From: Camelus ferus | Taxonomy: Eukaryota | Direction of reading: 5' to 3' | DNA: 64,000 nt | Assembly (NCBI RefSeq): GCF_009834535.1 | Contig: NC_045697.1 | Span: 71,922,001 to 71,986,000, forward strand | In this document: positions 36,721-50,690 of the stretch, piece by piece | Layout: every line of letters begins with the position of its first letter | Numbering within the stretch: the first letter of the stretch is position 1 | Position numbers and translations under genes: made by a program | The notes under the pieces: model-generated | Database searches by the model: none | The model's input: the letters and a program-made list of their open reading frames with translations, nothing else | What the model was told of the DNA's origin: nothing

Positions 36721-39700
36721 AGAAACTGAGTAAGCATTTACAATTTTCAATAGCAATTCAGTAACACAATTGTATGTCCATTGTATCTAATAATAATAAA
36801 ATGATTTTGATTCTGTCTTTATTTTAAATTTTATTTTATATTTTCTGGTAATTCCTTTGCATTCTATTTACAAAAGTACCAACCTGTGACAAATTGGAAA
36901 TAAGAAAGTGGCCCTTCATCACAGGTAGAATAAGAATCTCCACTCTGGAGATGGCTTTAGGGAGAGGGGCTGCCCTTCAGTTGAGCAACACAGGTGACTC
37001 CCAGGAACCCCGTGGAAGAGAGTCAAGGAAAGCCATACTCTGTCCCCACTCTCCTCTCCTTTGCACCAGCAACTCTCCTCACTGGACCTCCAAAGCCACC
37101 TGCCAGCCTCCTCTTAGCCTCTCTGTTTTCAGGAAGGGAGTCAGACACCAGTCCTCTGCATCCATCAGAGCTGCAGCGGCCCCTGCTGGGCTGTCTAGGG
37201 GGCCTGCTGGTGGAGCATATCACAAAATACAGAATGAGACAGGTTTTATAAACTTCCTCAGCCTTATGAGGAAGGGAAGTAGTTCTGATCTGAATTCTTC
37301 CTATGTAATTTCCCATGTAATTCAAAATATTTCATCTTCATTTTCCTTTCCCATGACTCCTGATCAAATATCCCTTTGGTGACCATAAGCATGGTCATAA
37401 ATTATCCACATGTTGCCCTACTGGGGTTTTACCACAGCTAGGTCTATACAGCGTGGGGCCACCATGCACAGTCACTGCAATAGGAATTAAACCTTCATAT
37501 AAAGTTTAAAACATATAAGCCCTGTCCATGGAAACAATTCTTCAGTAATCTTGCTGCATACACCCGAACTAAATGACATGAGATTTGGCGTTACCAGTAG
37601 CTCATCTAATTATCTACAAAAATCAGACGGCAACATTTCTGGTCCAACTTTGCTCATGCTACATAGCTACTATGACCCACAGAGAGGAGGGGGAAATAAT
37701 TTTTTAACTTTATTTTTTGCCAGTTTCTACTGAGTTTCACAATTCTAGATTTGAGCCCAGCAATCAGAAGTGTTAAGTTCATAGAAAATAAGTGGGGGTT
37801 GTTTTTGCTGTTGTTTTAGAATTTAGACCATCCAGTGAAAAACACAGGATGTCTTCAAGGTAAATACACACTGGATGTCTCCAAGGTAAATAAACAGTAC
37901 TCACAACAGGCTGAGACAGAGAAACTAGAAAGATAAGTACACGAGTGTATGTACAATACTGTTTGTCAGGTAAGATTGGTCAGGTGGGCCAGTATAATTA
38001 AAATGGCCAAAGAGTCAAGGAGCTAATCTGAAAGAAGTCCTGAGAAATCCCACAAGAAGCGGTTCTTGAACTGGCTGTGTCAGAACCATCTTGAATAGTA
38101 AGTTCCCAAGTGAGCCAGATGCAAAAACCCGTCTTCACTGACACAGCCACTGGCTCTCCAACATCATTGTTGGCTTCTTTTTACAAATAGAACCCTGATT
38201 TTATTGATGGAGGTACATCCAGCTAAAAGCAACATTTCCCAGCTTCTCCTGCAAGTTGGGGTGACCTGAGACTAAGTCGGTACGTGACTTTAAGTGGAGC
38301 TTGTTGTGTGTTACTTCTGTGAATGTTCATGTAAAGAGGATGAAGAGCTGGGTGTGAAATTTTTGTCTTTCCACCGATTTCTCCTTCCTGCTATGTGGAA
38401 TTTAGACTTCAAGGCTAGGTCTCTCTAGCAAACACCTTAGAACGTGAGGTAATCTTGAAGTCAGAAGCCAAAGATTACAAGTCAAAGAAGCCTGGGGACC
38501 CAAAGACCGGGGACCCGCCATGCCAGCCCTGCTCTGCTGCTTCCACACTTTGTTACAGGCAGGAAAGCAAACATCTTCATGCATCTGTTATTCTGCACCA
38601 TCATATCCTAAATACAATGATGCTGGCATTTTCTTGGCCTTACCAGATTCCAACAGATGATTTTCATTTTCACACAATACCACCTGGTTGCCTATGATTC
38701 TGGCAGATCCTTTGGAAATGTTAAAATACAAAGGGAAATGCAGTCTAACACAGGTATTGCAACCCACAGCTGGAGGAAGGCCCCGCGTCACAGAAAGCAG
38801 CTGTAGCAACATCAGTGTTAAGGAGTTTTTTGTTTCAGGATTAGAACCTCTTGTATTGTCAACCTCTTGTACTGTAATGGAGCTTAAGTACACACAGAGG
38901 GAGTCTGGAAACCATGATAGCCTATTGCTAAAAAACCAAAGTGAGCCCCAAAGGAAGGCGATGCCAATCAGAGTGTGGAGGACAGGTTGGCAGTTACCGT
39001 TCCCTGCCACAGGCCATCAGTAATTCTGTTAATCCACCTATGCCAATTACCTGGTAAACTCACAGGGCTTGTTTTGGTGCTTCCCAATTAACTCATTTTT
39101 CAAAAATGTAAGCTCCTGGGTAAAGAAACCCTTTTAGATGGGGTGGGTCTGAAATACTAAGCGTCTAGAGTTCATCGTAAAATGCTGTTCAGTAGTCAAG
39201 GCCTGTTCTCTAACTGGACTCTCATGTTGGTTCCGCTGAGCAACTGCTGGAGACGTGAACGTGGCCGGGTCAGACTTGAGAACCGAGGGAACACAGATTA
39301 TCCTGACTTAGAGCAAACCAGTGTCACAGCCACATAACTACACGTAGTAACTGTCACTGGTAAGGGAAAGAAAATAATGTTCTCTTAAAAAGGAATCAGA
39401 ATAAATATTAAAGTTCAAACACGAAAGTGGTTGTGGGAACTTTGGGTGGATTTTCTAAGTACAATGAAACAGGAAACCTGTGTAGGTGGATTGCACCCAC
39501 GTGTACTCCTGGCTCTCCCCTTGCTGTAGAGTTGCTCTGCCCTTTGTCCTGAGACTCTGCAGCGCCTCCTGCTCCAGTGGCCCAACCCAGATGACCCGCA
39601 GCTGCCCTGAGCCGTCCTGCGGAGCCCAGGCTGGGCCCGCTCATCGGCAGACCTGTGAGCACGAGAATAACCTGTCGTTGTGAGCCTGGGTTCTTCTGCT

Positions 39701-39747
39701 CCTTGGATGGGTTCTACTCCACGGGAGCAGTGCTGGTAGAGGTCTGC

Positions 39748-40053
39748 TGTGGTCCTAACCTCCCCCAACAATGATGACATCAGGAGGTAAGGGCTTTGGG
39801 AAATACTTAGGGCATGAGGATGGAACCCTCATGAATGGGATTCCTGCTTTTATAAAACCGGCCCAGAGCCATCCCTTGTTCTTCCAGCACCTGAGGACAC
39901 AGCAAGAAGGCGCCATCTACAAACCAGACCCCAAATCTGCCAGTGCGTGGGTCTTAGATTTCCAGCCTCCAGAACTGGAAGAAATATATTTCAGTTGTTC
40001 ATAACCTACCCAGTCTGTGTTCTTTTGCTTTAGCAGCCTAAACAGACGAAGAC
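39748..40053 (+). mobile_element. MLT1A/MST-type MaLR LTR
   Basis: catgaggatggaaccctcatgaatgggatt...gaggacacagcaagaagg...ttccagcctccagaactg...agcagcctaaacagac. Confidence 0.85.
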
Positions 40054-40874
40054 GGGGTCTGATTCAGTACTCAAAAAGGTCCAAATATTAGTAAGCATTG
40101 TTATAAAGTTCAATAACAAAAGTAGAATATGCACCCCCGTATAACGCACTGAAATCATTTTAGGTTTGTCATAGTTGCATCTTTAAAGCCTGAAATGTAT
40201 AGAGTATTCAGGTGGTATAATGAATGCCTCATAAGATACGCTGACTGACAGGTCTACACTTTGTTTTCTAGGATAATTTAAACTCAGTCATGGCTTCCCA
40301 TATGCTTCCTCCTACCGGCAACCATCGCCTCTAATAAGTAGCCATTTTCTTTTTCTTTTTGGGTCTCCATGCCCCATTGCCTCTGTTCTCCTCACAGTTG
40401 AGGAAAATGGCCACAAGACAACACACGGAGAGGGTAACATGAAGCTCCCCGGCAGTCCTCATACACAATGATCTACACTGAATGGGAGTTTGCTAAACCA
40501 TCTCGTTTTAACATGACTGCGTAAAGAGCTTTTCACCCAGACATGTAATCTGTGCTTTAAAGAGGTAGTAAAGATTATTTCTAAAGACTGAATGTAAACA
40601 CATGAAATGATAAAAATAGAGTCTATCTGTACTGATTTTAATGAACAATAGTTAATTTTATAGTATTTGTTTGCTGAATATTTTTGAAATAAACACATCA
40701 CGAATTTACTGTCTATTCCTCTCCCTCATACCAGGTACATGGAAGGCACTCAAAAAATGCATATTAAGATGAATTATGAATGACACAATACATGGTTTCA
40801 AAGGTGTTTACTACTGGTCAAAAAATGTTTCTTAATTGTCAGTCATAGAGTGAAATGTGCATTAACATACATGT

Positions 40875-42185
40875 CAGATACTCATCACATCTGCTTTATT
40901 GCTACGTGGCACCATTTTAAGGCCTGTGGGAAAATGTGATTCCTGAGATACTTGTTGGTTTTCATCAGTCATTTTCTTCACTGTCAAACCATTTTTCCTT
41001 GAGTGACTTGGGAGCGTGAGTTGGGGTTAGGATGTTCAATTGTAGACCAACTTCCTGTATCTGCTAAGTGAATAAACAAACTCTATCTTTTATAAAAGGT
41101 AGAAACAGAACCACGGTGTGTGGAACTTTTTTGCAAGGTCTACCACACAGGAAAAATGCAGCCTGAATACAAAAGAAGTACTTTCTGAATGTCTCTCTAT
41201 CACCCATAAGGAACATACATTTTCTAGACAATCAGTGTTTGACATACAGCCGTTCAGCTGTTATTTTGCATTTACTTAAAATACCCTCTGCTAAATAGTT
41301 GTGTTCATCTTTAAAAGTAAATTGCTTAAAATTACATTCAGTTTCTTTCTATAAACGAACATCTGCTTCACCTTCACAAAGCAAACACACTGTACATTGA
41401 AACTGAATTGTCACCAGCTTTACATACTGTTCTGCCATTTGTTGTGGTACAAGCACAAAATAAGTCAAAAGAAAACAATTCTGGCTTTTCATGGAATCTG
41501 GTGGAGTTTACACTTCGAGACAGAATGGCAGACAAACTCTGAACTTAGCAGGGCCAACAAAGCTTTACTGATTTCATTATTCGTATTATTTCAGGATGGT
41601 TTTCAAAGCAATCCTACAAGATCTAACTGAAATATAAAACAAAACAAAAACTATGAGCAATCTTTCTCTCCTGGCTTCATTAAGGCCTTGGAATCACTTA
41701 TATCCATGTTGTGTACATTCTGATTTTCTTCCCCATTTTGATGTGCTTGCTCGTGAAAGCACTAAACCAAATTAACTGAAAGAAAACAATTCTGAAACTA
41801 CTTGAATGTTTGATCTGACCAGAGATGGTGAAAGGCTTATATGGCCTAGTTTGTATTTTACTCTGGGTCTTGATATTGAAACGATTACAGAATGCACATT
41901 TCTTGCTTTGTGATGATTTTTTGTATTCATGAAACAAAAAAAAGTGGGTGTTTACCAAAGATCTCATCTATTAGGCTTTTCAAACTAGAACTGAGAGCTT
42001 TTTGAAACAATTTTAACAACAAATAATGGCCTATTTCACAGATCTGAAACCAATAATTGGTTTTCTTGACCTACAGTTGAACACAAAATTATCTTTTATC
42101 TAAATAGGATCGGCTTAAAAATCCCTTTGGAGATGTTTTTTATTTACGAAATGCCTTCATGAACACCACCATCTCTCATTTCCTA
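40875..42185 (-). other. SLC39A8: Probable SLC39A8 3' UTR (about 1.3 kb)
   Basis: AT-rich sequence without recognisable repeats after the stop codon, ending near an AATAAA at 40900-40895. The distal boundary is inferred. Confidence 0.6.
40895..40900 (-). terminator. Candidate distal polyadenylation signal AATAAA
   Basis: Plus strand tttatt. On the minus strand it is followed by gcagatgtgatgagtatctgaca and T-rich sequence. Confidence 0.55.
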
Positions 42186-42335
<150 letters not shown>

Positions 42336-43899
42336 CTAGAGGGAAGATGCATTGTTAGGTGACTGTTGCCCTCTTGTGGTCAAACATGAAACAGCCACTT
42401 ACAGAGTTCTGTGGAGGGGATGATTATGTATTTCAGTTGTTTAAGCGTTTTCTCGTATAGAGAGCAAAATAGTGATATCCAGCCTGATCAGGTATCAACA
42501 GGGAGACAATACGGAAATAGTGTTCCCCGACAGATTAATCAGTGGGATGGGATTTACCTCATTTCATGCCTTCTGTCCCTCTCTGTCTCTGTCTCTCTGT
42601 CTCTGTATGTCTCTGTCTCTCTCTCTCCATCTCTCTAGCCCTCCTTCTTCTTTGCTCCCTCTGCTCCATCCACACCATTCTTTTAGGACCTTAAATGCAT
42701 CCAGTCTCTTTCCATCCTCAAAATCTTCACGCCCACCAAAATCTCTATCTGAACTCTTCTCCCTCAAGTTTTTCAATGAGCTAAGTAAGTCTCTGAGGTT
42801 TCAGCATAAATCATCATTTCCCAGAAAGGCTTCTCTGAGCCCCTCCTAAGTTGCATTAGATTCCCTGTTATCATCTATCATCATACATATTGCTTTTCCT
42901 TTCATGTCACAGATTTTTTGTAATTATGTCACCATGTGTGTGATTTTGCTTGTGTGCTGAATTTCAGGTTCCCCTCCTTGCAGACGGAAGCCCCAGGGAT
43001 GCAGGGATTGTGCCTTATTGCTCACTCTGGGGTCCACAGTACCTTACCAATGTCCAGGCCTGGTACAGAAATATCAATCAATAGTAGCTGACTAAATAAA
43101 CTTTTAGAAATAACTATATATTTAATTCCCGTCCTCTTCAATGTGTTTTCTTTTGCTTTCTCTACCTCTCACAAAATCATGAGGTTTTAAATAAATTGTG
43201 CACTGTTCTAGGATTTAGACTATAACAATCTCATTGCAGCGAAAGCAATTAAAACCCCCAAGTTTTAAAAACTGACCCTTTCTCAGCATATAACTTCTAC
43301 TGAAAAGGCTCCGTGAGATCTGTGAATGCCATCTTTTCAAGACATATTTCAAAATGATTTACTTATATGTAAACAGTGGTGCACTGTGCCAGAGCATCTG
43401 AGAGATCTCCAGAGTTCAGTCAATCCATGTGCCTGATTTAAGAAAATTGTTGCTATGATAAAATGGGTGAAAGTTGTCAAACCATTCTGAAAAAAGTAAA
43501 ACCGCTGTAAGTACATGCAGTATCATATATTAGCACGATTTCTTTAAACTAGATAGACTCTGTTCTTAAAACCAGAGAATGGAGAAGTGATGACCTAGCA
43601 TAAATGAACTATGAGGCATTAATTCTGTGAAGAAAAGCATAAATGCAGTAATGGTTCTTAGAGATGAAATTTCTGCCCTTGTAAGTGTTTGCACAGAACA
43701 ATGAACAGAGATGGACAGTTATCACTTGGAGCTCTGAATGCAGATGAAGAAAATTAAATTATTGAATTATGTCTGTAATACATATTCAGTTCCAAATGCA
43801 AAGGAAACATTCTTTGATTTGCATAAACTTAGCACATTTTTCATTTTTTTGAAAGCTGTCCATGATTTACTTGAAAATGCACAGGACATTCTCTCTCTT

Positions 43900-43925
43900 A
43901 CACACACACACACACACCACACACA
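43900..43925. repeat. (CA)n microsatellite in the last SLC39A8 intron
   Basis: acacacacacacacacaccacacac. Confidence 0.9.
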
Positions 43926-44751
43926 GAAATAAAGACACAGCATAGACACAAACATACATACAAACATATACTGATCCAAGTAAATAGCCTCCAATTTCAA
44001 TTTACTAGTTTTAGTTTAGCCCAAAAGGATCTCACTGTTTAGGACTTTGAAATTAACAAAATGCTATTTCCTTCAACAGGCTATTCCCTTCCAAATGTGA
44101 TATCCTCACAGAAGAGGGCTGAAAAGTCCTAGAGGGACATACGATTGTAGAACACAAGCTTCACCCACAAGGCAAAATACCTGGGGAAGTACCTCCACTT
44201 CAGCAAAAATAGGTCATTTCTATTATATTATAAATAAAAGCTATTTTAGGTATATTTCTTATATCCAGTCTCCCTATTAAATTTTTCATGAATTTGAATG
44301 GATTATTAGCTATTATGTCTATTAAAACACCTTCTCTTCCTCCACTTATTTTCTTATCTTATTGTACTATCTGGAAAACCAAAAGTAGTGTTGAATAATA
44401 GCGTTCCTGATTTAAATGTCAAGGCTTCAGTATTTTACCATTCAATATGATGTTTACCTGGTGTATGGATTTGTTTATATGTGAGTGTGTGTATATAAAT
44501 AGATTTTGTCATTTCATTCTGTTACTATTTACTTAGAATTTATATTAGGGATGGCTACTGAATTTTGTCAGCATTTTTGGGCATTGATTAATCTAATCCT
44601 AGGATATCTTTTCTTTACTGATGCAATGAATTATATTGATATTAATATTAGAAACGTAGTTTAGGAAAATATATGAGTAACCTTCAAGTATAGGAAGCCT
44701 TAATATGGGAAACCCAAAAGTCATAAAGGAAGATTTCAAGATTTAAGTATA

Positions 44752-44935
44752 GATAAATAACAAGGACCTACTGTGTAGCACAGGGAACTATATTCAATAT
44801 CTTGTAATAACCCATAATGGAAAAGAACTTGAAAAAATATGTATTTGTATATATATGTATAACTGAATCATTTTGCTGTACATCTGAAATATTGTAAATC
44901 ACCTATACTTCAACAAAAAATTAAAATTAAAAAAA
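44752..44935 (+). mobile_element. 5'-truncated L1 3' UTR
   Basis: TSD aagatttaagtata at 44738-44751 and 44936-44949. Confidence 0.9.
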
Positions 44936-45036
44936 AAGATTTAAGTATAAAAAAAAATAGGTCATTTCACCCTCTACTAATGAGATCATAGATCAAAGAG
45001 TCAATGAGACTCACCTTCCAACCACTATTAGTACAA

Positions 45037-45236
45037 GGGGGAGGGTAGAGCTCAGTGGTAGAGTGCGTGCTTACCATGTACGAGGTCCTGGGTTCAATCC
45101 CCAGTACCTCCATTAAAAAAATAAATAAACTTAATTACTTCCCCCCCCCCCAAAAATAAAGGCACAGTTATGTAAGTTTCACAATACTGTAAACTGACTA
45201 TGCTTCAATTAAAAAAAAGAAATAAATAAATAAAGG
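45037..45236 (+). mobile_element. tRNA-Ala-derived SINE fused to an L1 3' terminus
   Basis: A/B boxes, SINE tail, then acaatactgtaaactgactatgcttcaattaaaaaaaa. 18-bp TSD caaYcactattagtacaa. Confidence 0.9.
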
Positions 45237-45350
45237 CAATCACTATTAGTACAAACTACTCAAAAAGAGTTAACTGTTGGACCAAGAATACTTTAAATTA
45301 TAATAGAAAAGCCCTCCACAGTGCGGAAAGCAGAAAGTTGCCCTTAGTCA

Positions 45351-45620
<270 letters not shown>

Positions 45621-45735
45621 TCAAGTGAATAGGGGTTTTTTTTTTCTATTTTTGGACATGATAAACGATAATCACCAATGTCTGAAAAGGGTTCCTTCCT
45701 TCTGAGGCACCAGCAGGACTTCTAAGAGTGTATCA

Positions 45736-46029
<294 letters not shown>

Positions 46030-46063
46030 TCAGTCAACAGGATAACCAGGATAACCAACATTT

Positions 46064-46213
46064 TTTTTTAATTGAGGTATAGTCAACTTACAACGTTGTG
46101 TTAGTTGCTGGTACACAACACTGTGATTCAGTTATAGACATGTGTCTATATATATATATTCCCTTTCATATTCTTTTTCATTATAGGCTATTACAAGGTA
46201 TTGAATATAGTCT
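46064..46213 (-). mobile_element. Short L1 3' tail
   Basis: ttttttaattgaggtatagtcaac...; TSD caacattt at 46056-46063 and 46214-46221. Confidence 0.85.
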
Positions 46214-47289
46214 CAACATTTCTTGAAAGTCTAAGAGATACAGAGAAGTAGGAGATGTATTATGCATTGAGAGAGACATTTTTCCAACAAAGTCCTTTAT
46301 GGTGGATAGGAACCCCTAAATCGTCTATAACACAGAAAAGACTTACGGTAAGAAGGAAGGAAATCAACAGATTGAGAGGCCTTGAACAAACCACATTTTT
46401 GATTTCTCCTTCAAACAATCCTCTTGACTTTTAAGAAAAAATTCTTACTACCTTCCTAAAATGTAAGAGAGATTAACCTAAGAGTGTGATTTATTCACAT
46501 ACTTTAAAATAAAAGTTTTTCAAAGACGAAATTTAGAGTCTTTTCTATGTTGACAACATACATGTGAAGTCTACACTTAAAGCCTGATGGCATCAAGGAA
46601 CATTCATTCCAATCCACCCTATGCCGCTGTGTGACTATGAGCAAGTGATTGGGCTTCAGTTTCAATTGCAAAGTGAAGAGAATGTACTAGATGAGTCATT
46701 TGTTCTTCTTTTTTTTAATGATTCATTTTTCCAGTGACTGATTAATTTTTCACTGTGTTCCAGGTAGTGTATGGGGTGTTTAGGCTACAACCACGTGGTC
46801 CCTATGAGCTCTAAATTTCAACGATTCCCTTAACAAATTCGACGAAGTGTGATCAGAATAGGCTTGCCTTTTACACCAACACTTCCTTCTATTTTGAAAC
46901 TGTAACAAAAGGGGAAAATCCTACAATGGACCTTTTGTAAGAATTTAACTTTCCATAAAATTTACAAGATTGTATAATGACAAATGCCGATGGAAGCATT
47001 TTCCAGGAACTGTAGAAAAATATAATAAAGTGCAAATCCATTTTTAAGTAGGGAAGCAATTTGCAATTAACTGGAGAACATTTTATTCTTAATTCTCTTC
47101 CTCTCAACTCTACCTCGGCAGCTAATCAACATATTTATTGAATATCTGCAGTTTGTACAGTAGTGTGCTGTATGCTATGAAAAGTTCACGGAAGTGGAAA
47201 ATACTGCCTTTCTCTTCAAGAAGTGTTTTTACCTCGGAGAAACAAGATGCAGAGTATATGACTAACTTTAAAAAATGTGCAATATACAT

Positions 47290-47900
47290 CGGCTGAGAAG
47301 GGTTCCTTCAAAACAATTGTCTGAGAGGTTGTACATTTATTCGGTTGCCAACTCATTGCTCAAAACACTCTGGGGACTGTTTTTTCAGAACTGATTTAGA
47401 TCTTGCCATACATCTTTTCACTGTTTCATTAGTGGCAAATCTTTATTTTTGAGGGATGTTTTTTGTTTGTAGACACAGCCAGAAGTCATCTGGAGCCAAG
47501 AAATTCTTACATGACTATGCAAGGAGGGAGCATTGTTAGTATTTGCCGTAGTAATGGTAGAAATAGTAATAGCAAAGCGTGGTATTTATTATGTGCCAGG
47601 CACTGTTCTAAGCACTCTAGCTATCTAATTCCTCGAGAACAATTCTAGGAGCAAAGTAGTACTATAACCATCATTTTATGGTTGAAGACACTAAAGCACA
47701 GAAAGGCCAGTGAACTTACCAGGGATGCAAAAGAGAGAAGTGGGCTTTTTCTAGTAAGCGTCCTCTTACTTCAAATTTATGGTAGGGGGAGGGGAACACT
47801 TCCTGTTTGTGTTTGTGATAAGATCTGAAGGCAGTTCCCAAGCAGAACACTCCCTCCTCTCAAAACTCTTATAAAAACTTGAAGCAACATTGGAATAAGT
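47290..47900. mobile_element. Ancient mariner-like (MARNA-type) fragments with a MIR inserted (about 47570-47740)
   Basis: cattgctcaaaaca...gtggcaaatcttt...cagccagaagtcatctggagccaag, and cattggaataagtg. Confidence 0.45.
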
Positions 47901-47990
47901 GTTTAATCTCCTTTTTTTTTTTTTTAAAGGCAATTCTCATTAGCATAAAAAGAATTCCATCTAATCTTAAAAAGTGGTCTTGCTATAAAG

Positions 47991-48322
47991 TGTTAAAACA
48001 TAAACTGAGGCAATTTTTTTAAAAGTTTAAGAGTTTTATTTGAACAAGAATCAGTTCCCATCTGGCAGCATCAACTCGGAAGTGGTGAGGAGCACTCCAC
48101 AGACAGGTAGCTCAGGGAGAGACTTTCCCAGAGAAAAGGCAGAGCAGAGCAAGCAGACTATTGACTGGCTACAGTTACAGCTTACGTGGCTGCTCGCAAT
48201 GGATTGCCCTTAGGTTTCGATTTCAAAACCTTGAGGCATCTACCAGCTTAAATTTTGGTTTGTTTATATACGGCATTAAAGACACTTCAGTCTAATTTCC
48301 TCCTTGTTTAATTAATTTAATA
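47991..48322 (-). mobile_element. ERV1-type solo LTR
   Basis: tgttaaa start, antisense poly(A) signal (tttattt), tgactggctacag, ends aattaatttaata. Confidence 0.55.
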
Positions 48323-49279
48323 ATTGGTAGATTTTAAATGCACAGCATAATGAACAGCCGTGATTTGGTAAATGTCAAATGGGTGGCTTGACTAAGAAAT
48401 GCCCCGGATGAGGAAGCAGTGACTGCTAAAGGAAAAACAAAGGTGGTCATGAGAAAAGCCATAAATGAAGTGACCTTGGCGTTGTAAAAACTTACTGCCA
48501 AGACACCCCGGTAAGACCAGGTGTTCTCTTCTAACTCGGTTTACCTAACCACATAGCTAATAATTTCCTTATTTACTTGTGATGATTTGGGGGAAAGATT
48601 ACAAGCCCAAGTCTTGACTGCATGGCATTTTATACAGAGTCTGTATACAAACTCTTCTAATTCTGAAAAAGAAATTAAATTAATATATCAGGCATGGTTC
48701 TCTTACCTCTGAGTACAGATATTATTCACTCTGTTTATTATGCTTTCTTTTAGCTCTGTAAGCTTAGGTCTCAAATGACACTGTTGGGTAGGTTAACAGT
48801 TAACACAATTTTAATAGTCTTGGAAAAAATCAATGTCGGCAACCATTCACAAACAGTCCTTTTTTAATTCACCTGGAACAAAGTCACCGAGCAGAAAGAA
48901 CAATGAAGTCCCTCTAGCCAAATTAGGGAGTATTCTCTTTCCCTTTCTTTTTTATTTTCCTCTGTTGTTGCTTGCTTGCTTGCTTCCTTGTCTGACTTGT
49001 ACACTAAATATGAGGCTGTTTCCAACCTCAACATGATAAGGCAACTCGATCGAGTGAAAAGACCATCAGTCTGGAATCCAGAACTGAGTGCTACGTTGGC
49101 TCTGACAGGAATTACTATGCAATCATTAGCCAGGCTCTTAACATTTCTCACCTTATTAATGAAAATGAAAGTCAAAGAAAGCAAAGTGCAAAGTAGTCGG
49201 AATGGAGGGAGAAAGAATGTCATGGACCAAAGTCATAAGAGTTGGGGGGGGGGACTAAGTAGAATCCCAACATAAATAC

Positions 49280-49550
49280 AGAGGGGAAGAAGGAAAAGGA
49301 AAAAAAAAGTACTAAGAAATCAAATGAAGAAAGCAAGTGAACTTATTGCAGAACAGTTTAAGCAAAGAAGGAGGAAGATCAAATGGAGATGGGACTAGAG
49401 GAAGATAAGGAGGAGGAGTGACATGAGGTGGGAGGAGGAGGACGAAAAACCAAGAGTAAGATAAGAAGGGTGAGGAGAAGGTTAGAAATGAGGTGGAGAA
49501 AAACAAGGAGGGCAAGGAAAAGGAGGAGATGAGGAAAGAAAAAGAAAAGA
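49280..49550. repeat. GA-rich low-complexity purine tract
   Basis: Long runs of gaaggaggagg / gaaaaagaaaag. Confidence 0.8.
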
Positions 49551-49921
49551 CTTGCCTATCCTGCAGTAGGATATGGATCATACAAATATGACTTACACCT
49601 GCTGTGAAATACTGTGCAGAGCAGAGATGATGAATAGCTATATCTTTCCACATGTAAGGATATCCAAAACACAGCCTTGAAGTAAAATATATCTATATAA
49701 AACAGCATGTCTGTGGCACCATTTTGTAAAACTTATTATTATAATTCTATGATGGTCTAAGCACAAATGTTTTTGTAAAGATACAAAAATGCTAATCGTG
49801 GTTCTCCCTGGAAGACAGTACTGTGAATAATCCTTATTTTTTTTTCCTTTTATCTTTTATGGGTATTCTGTATTTTGTTTGCACTTACTATATATTATTT
49901 CAATACTCAGAAAACAAAATA

Positions 49922-50690
49922 CTACACCAGTCAGAATGGCCATCATTAAAAATCCACAAATGATAAATGTGGAGAAAAGGGAACTCTCCTAGACTGTTGG
50001 TGGGAATGTAGTTTGGTGTAGCCATTATGGAAAACAGTATGGGAGATTCCTCTAAAAACTAAAAGTAGACTTAACATATGATCCAGAAATCACACTTTTG
50101 GGCATATATAAGGAGGGAACTCTAATTTAAAAAGATACGTGCAGCCCAATGTTCATAGTAGCACTATTTACAATAGCCAAGACATGGAAACAACCTAAAT
50201 ATCCAACGACAGATGACTGGATAGAGAAGTTGTGGTATATTTATACAATGGAATACTACTCAATCATAAAAAAGAATAAAGTAATGCCATTTGCAGCAAC
50301 ATGGATGGACCCAGAAATTGTCATTCTAAGTGAAGTAAGCCAGAAAGAGGAAGAAAAATACCATATGATATCACTTACATGTGGAATCTTAAAAAAAAAA
50401 GGCAAATGAACTTATTTACAAAATAGAAACAGACTCACAGACAGAGAAAACAAACTCATGGTTACCAAGGGGGAAAGGGGTGGAAAGGGATAAAGGGAGT
50501 TTGAGATTTTTAGATATTAACTACTATGAATAAAATAGATAAACAACAAGTTTATACTGTCTAGCACAGGGAACCATAGTCAATATCTTGTAGTGAACTA
50601 TAATGAAAAAGAATATGAAAATGAATATATGTATGTATATGTATGACTGAACTATATGCTGTACCCCAGAAATTGACCCAACACTGTAAA
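49922..50690 (+). mobile_element. Younger L1 3' end (ORF2 C-terminus plus 3' UTR)
   Basis: ORF 50149-50409 MFIVALFTIAKTWKQPKYP...PFAATWMD followed by the lineage-type 3' UTR. Confidence 0.92.

Noticed and set aside
36894..37382. Longest ORF in the track (162 aa)
   Set aside because: Non-ATG start, overlaps LTR-like sequence, no recognisable domain or splice structure.
38588..39023. Overlapping 140-aa and 111-aa ORFs on opposite strands
   Set aside because: No homology recognised, and the lengths are within chance for 64 kb.
45276..45285. gttggaccaa matching the spacer in the tail of the 52.6-kb SINE
   Set aside because: A 10-mer match is plausible by chance and lies outside the 45-kb element's TSD.
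48545..48662. Cryptic 118-nt exon on the gene strand
   Set aside because: Weak donor (gtaaac), frame-shifting length and no supporting evidence.
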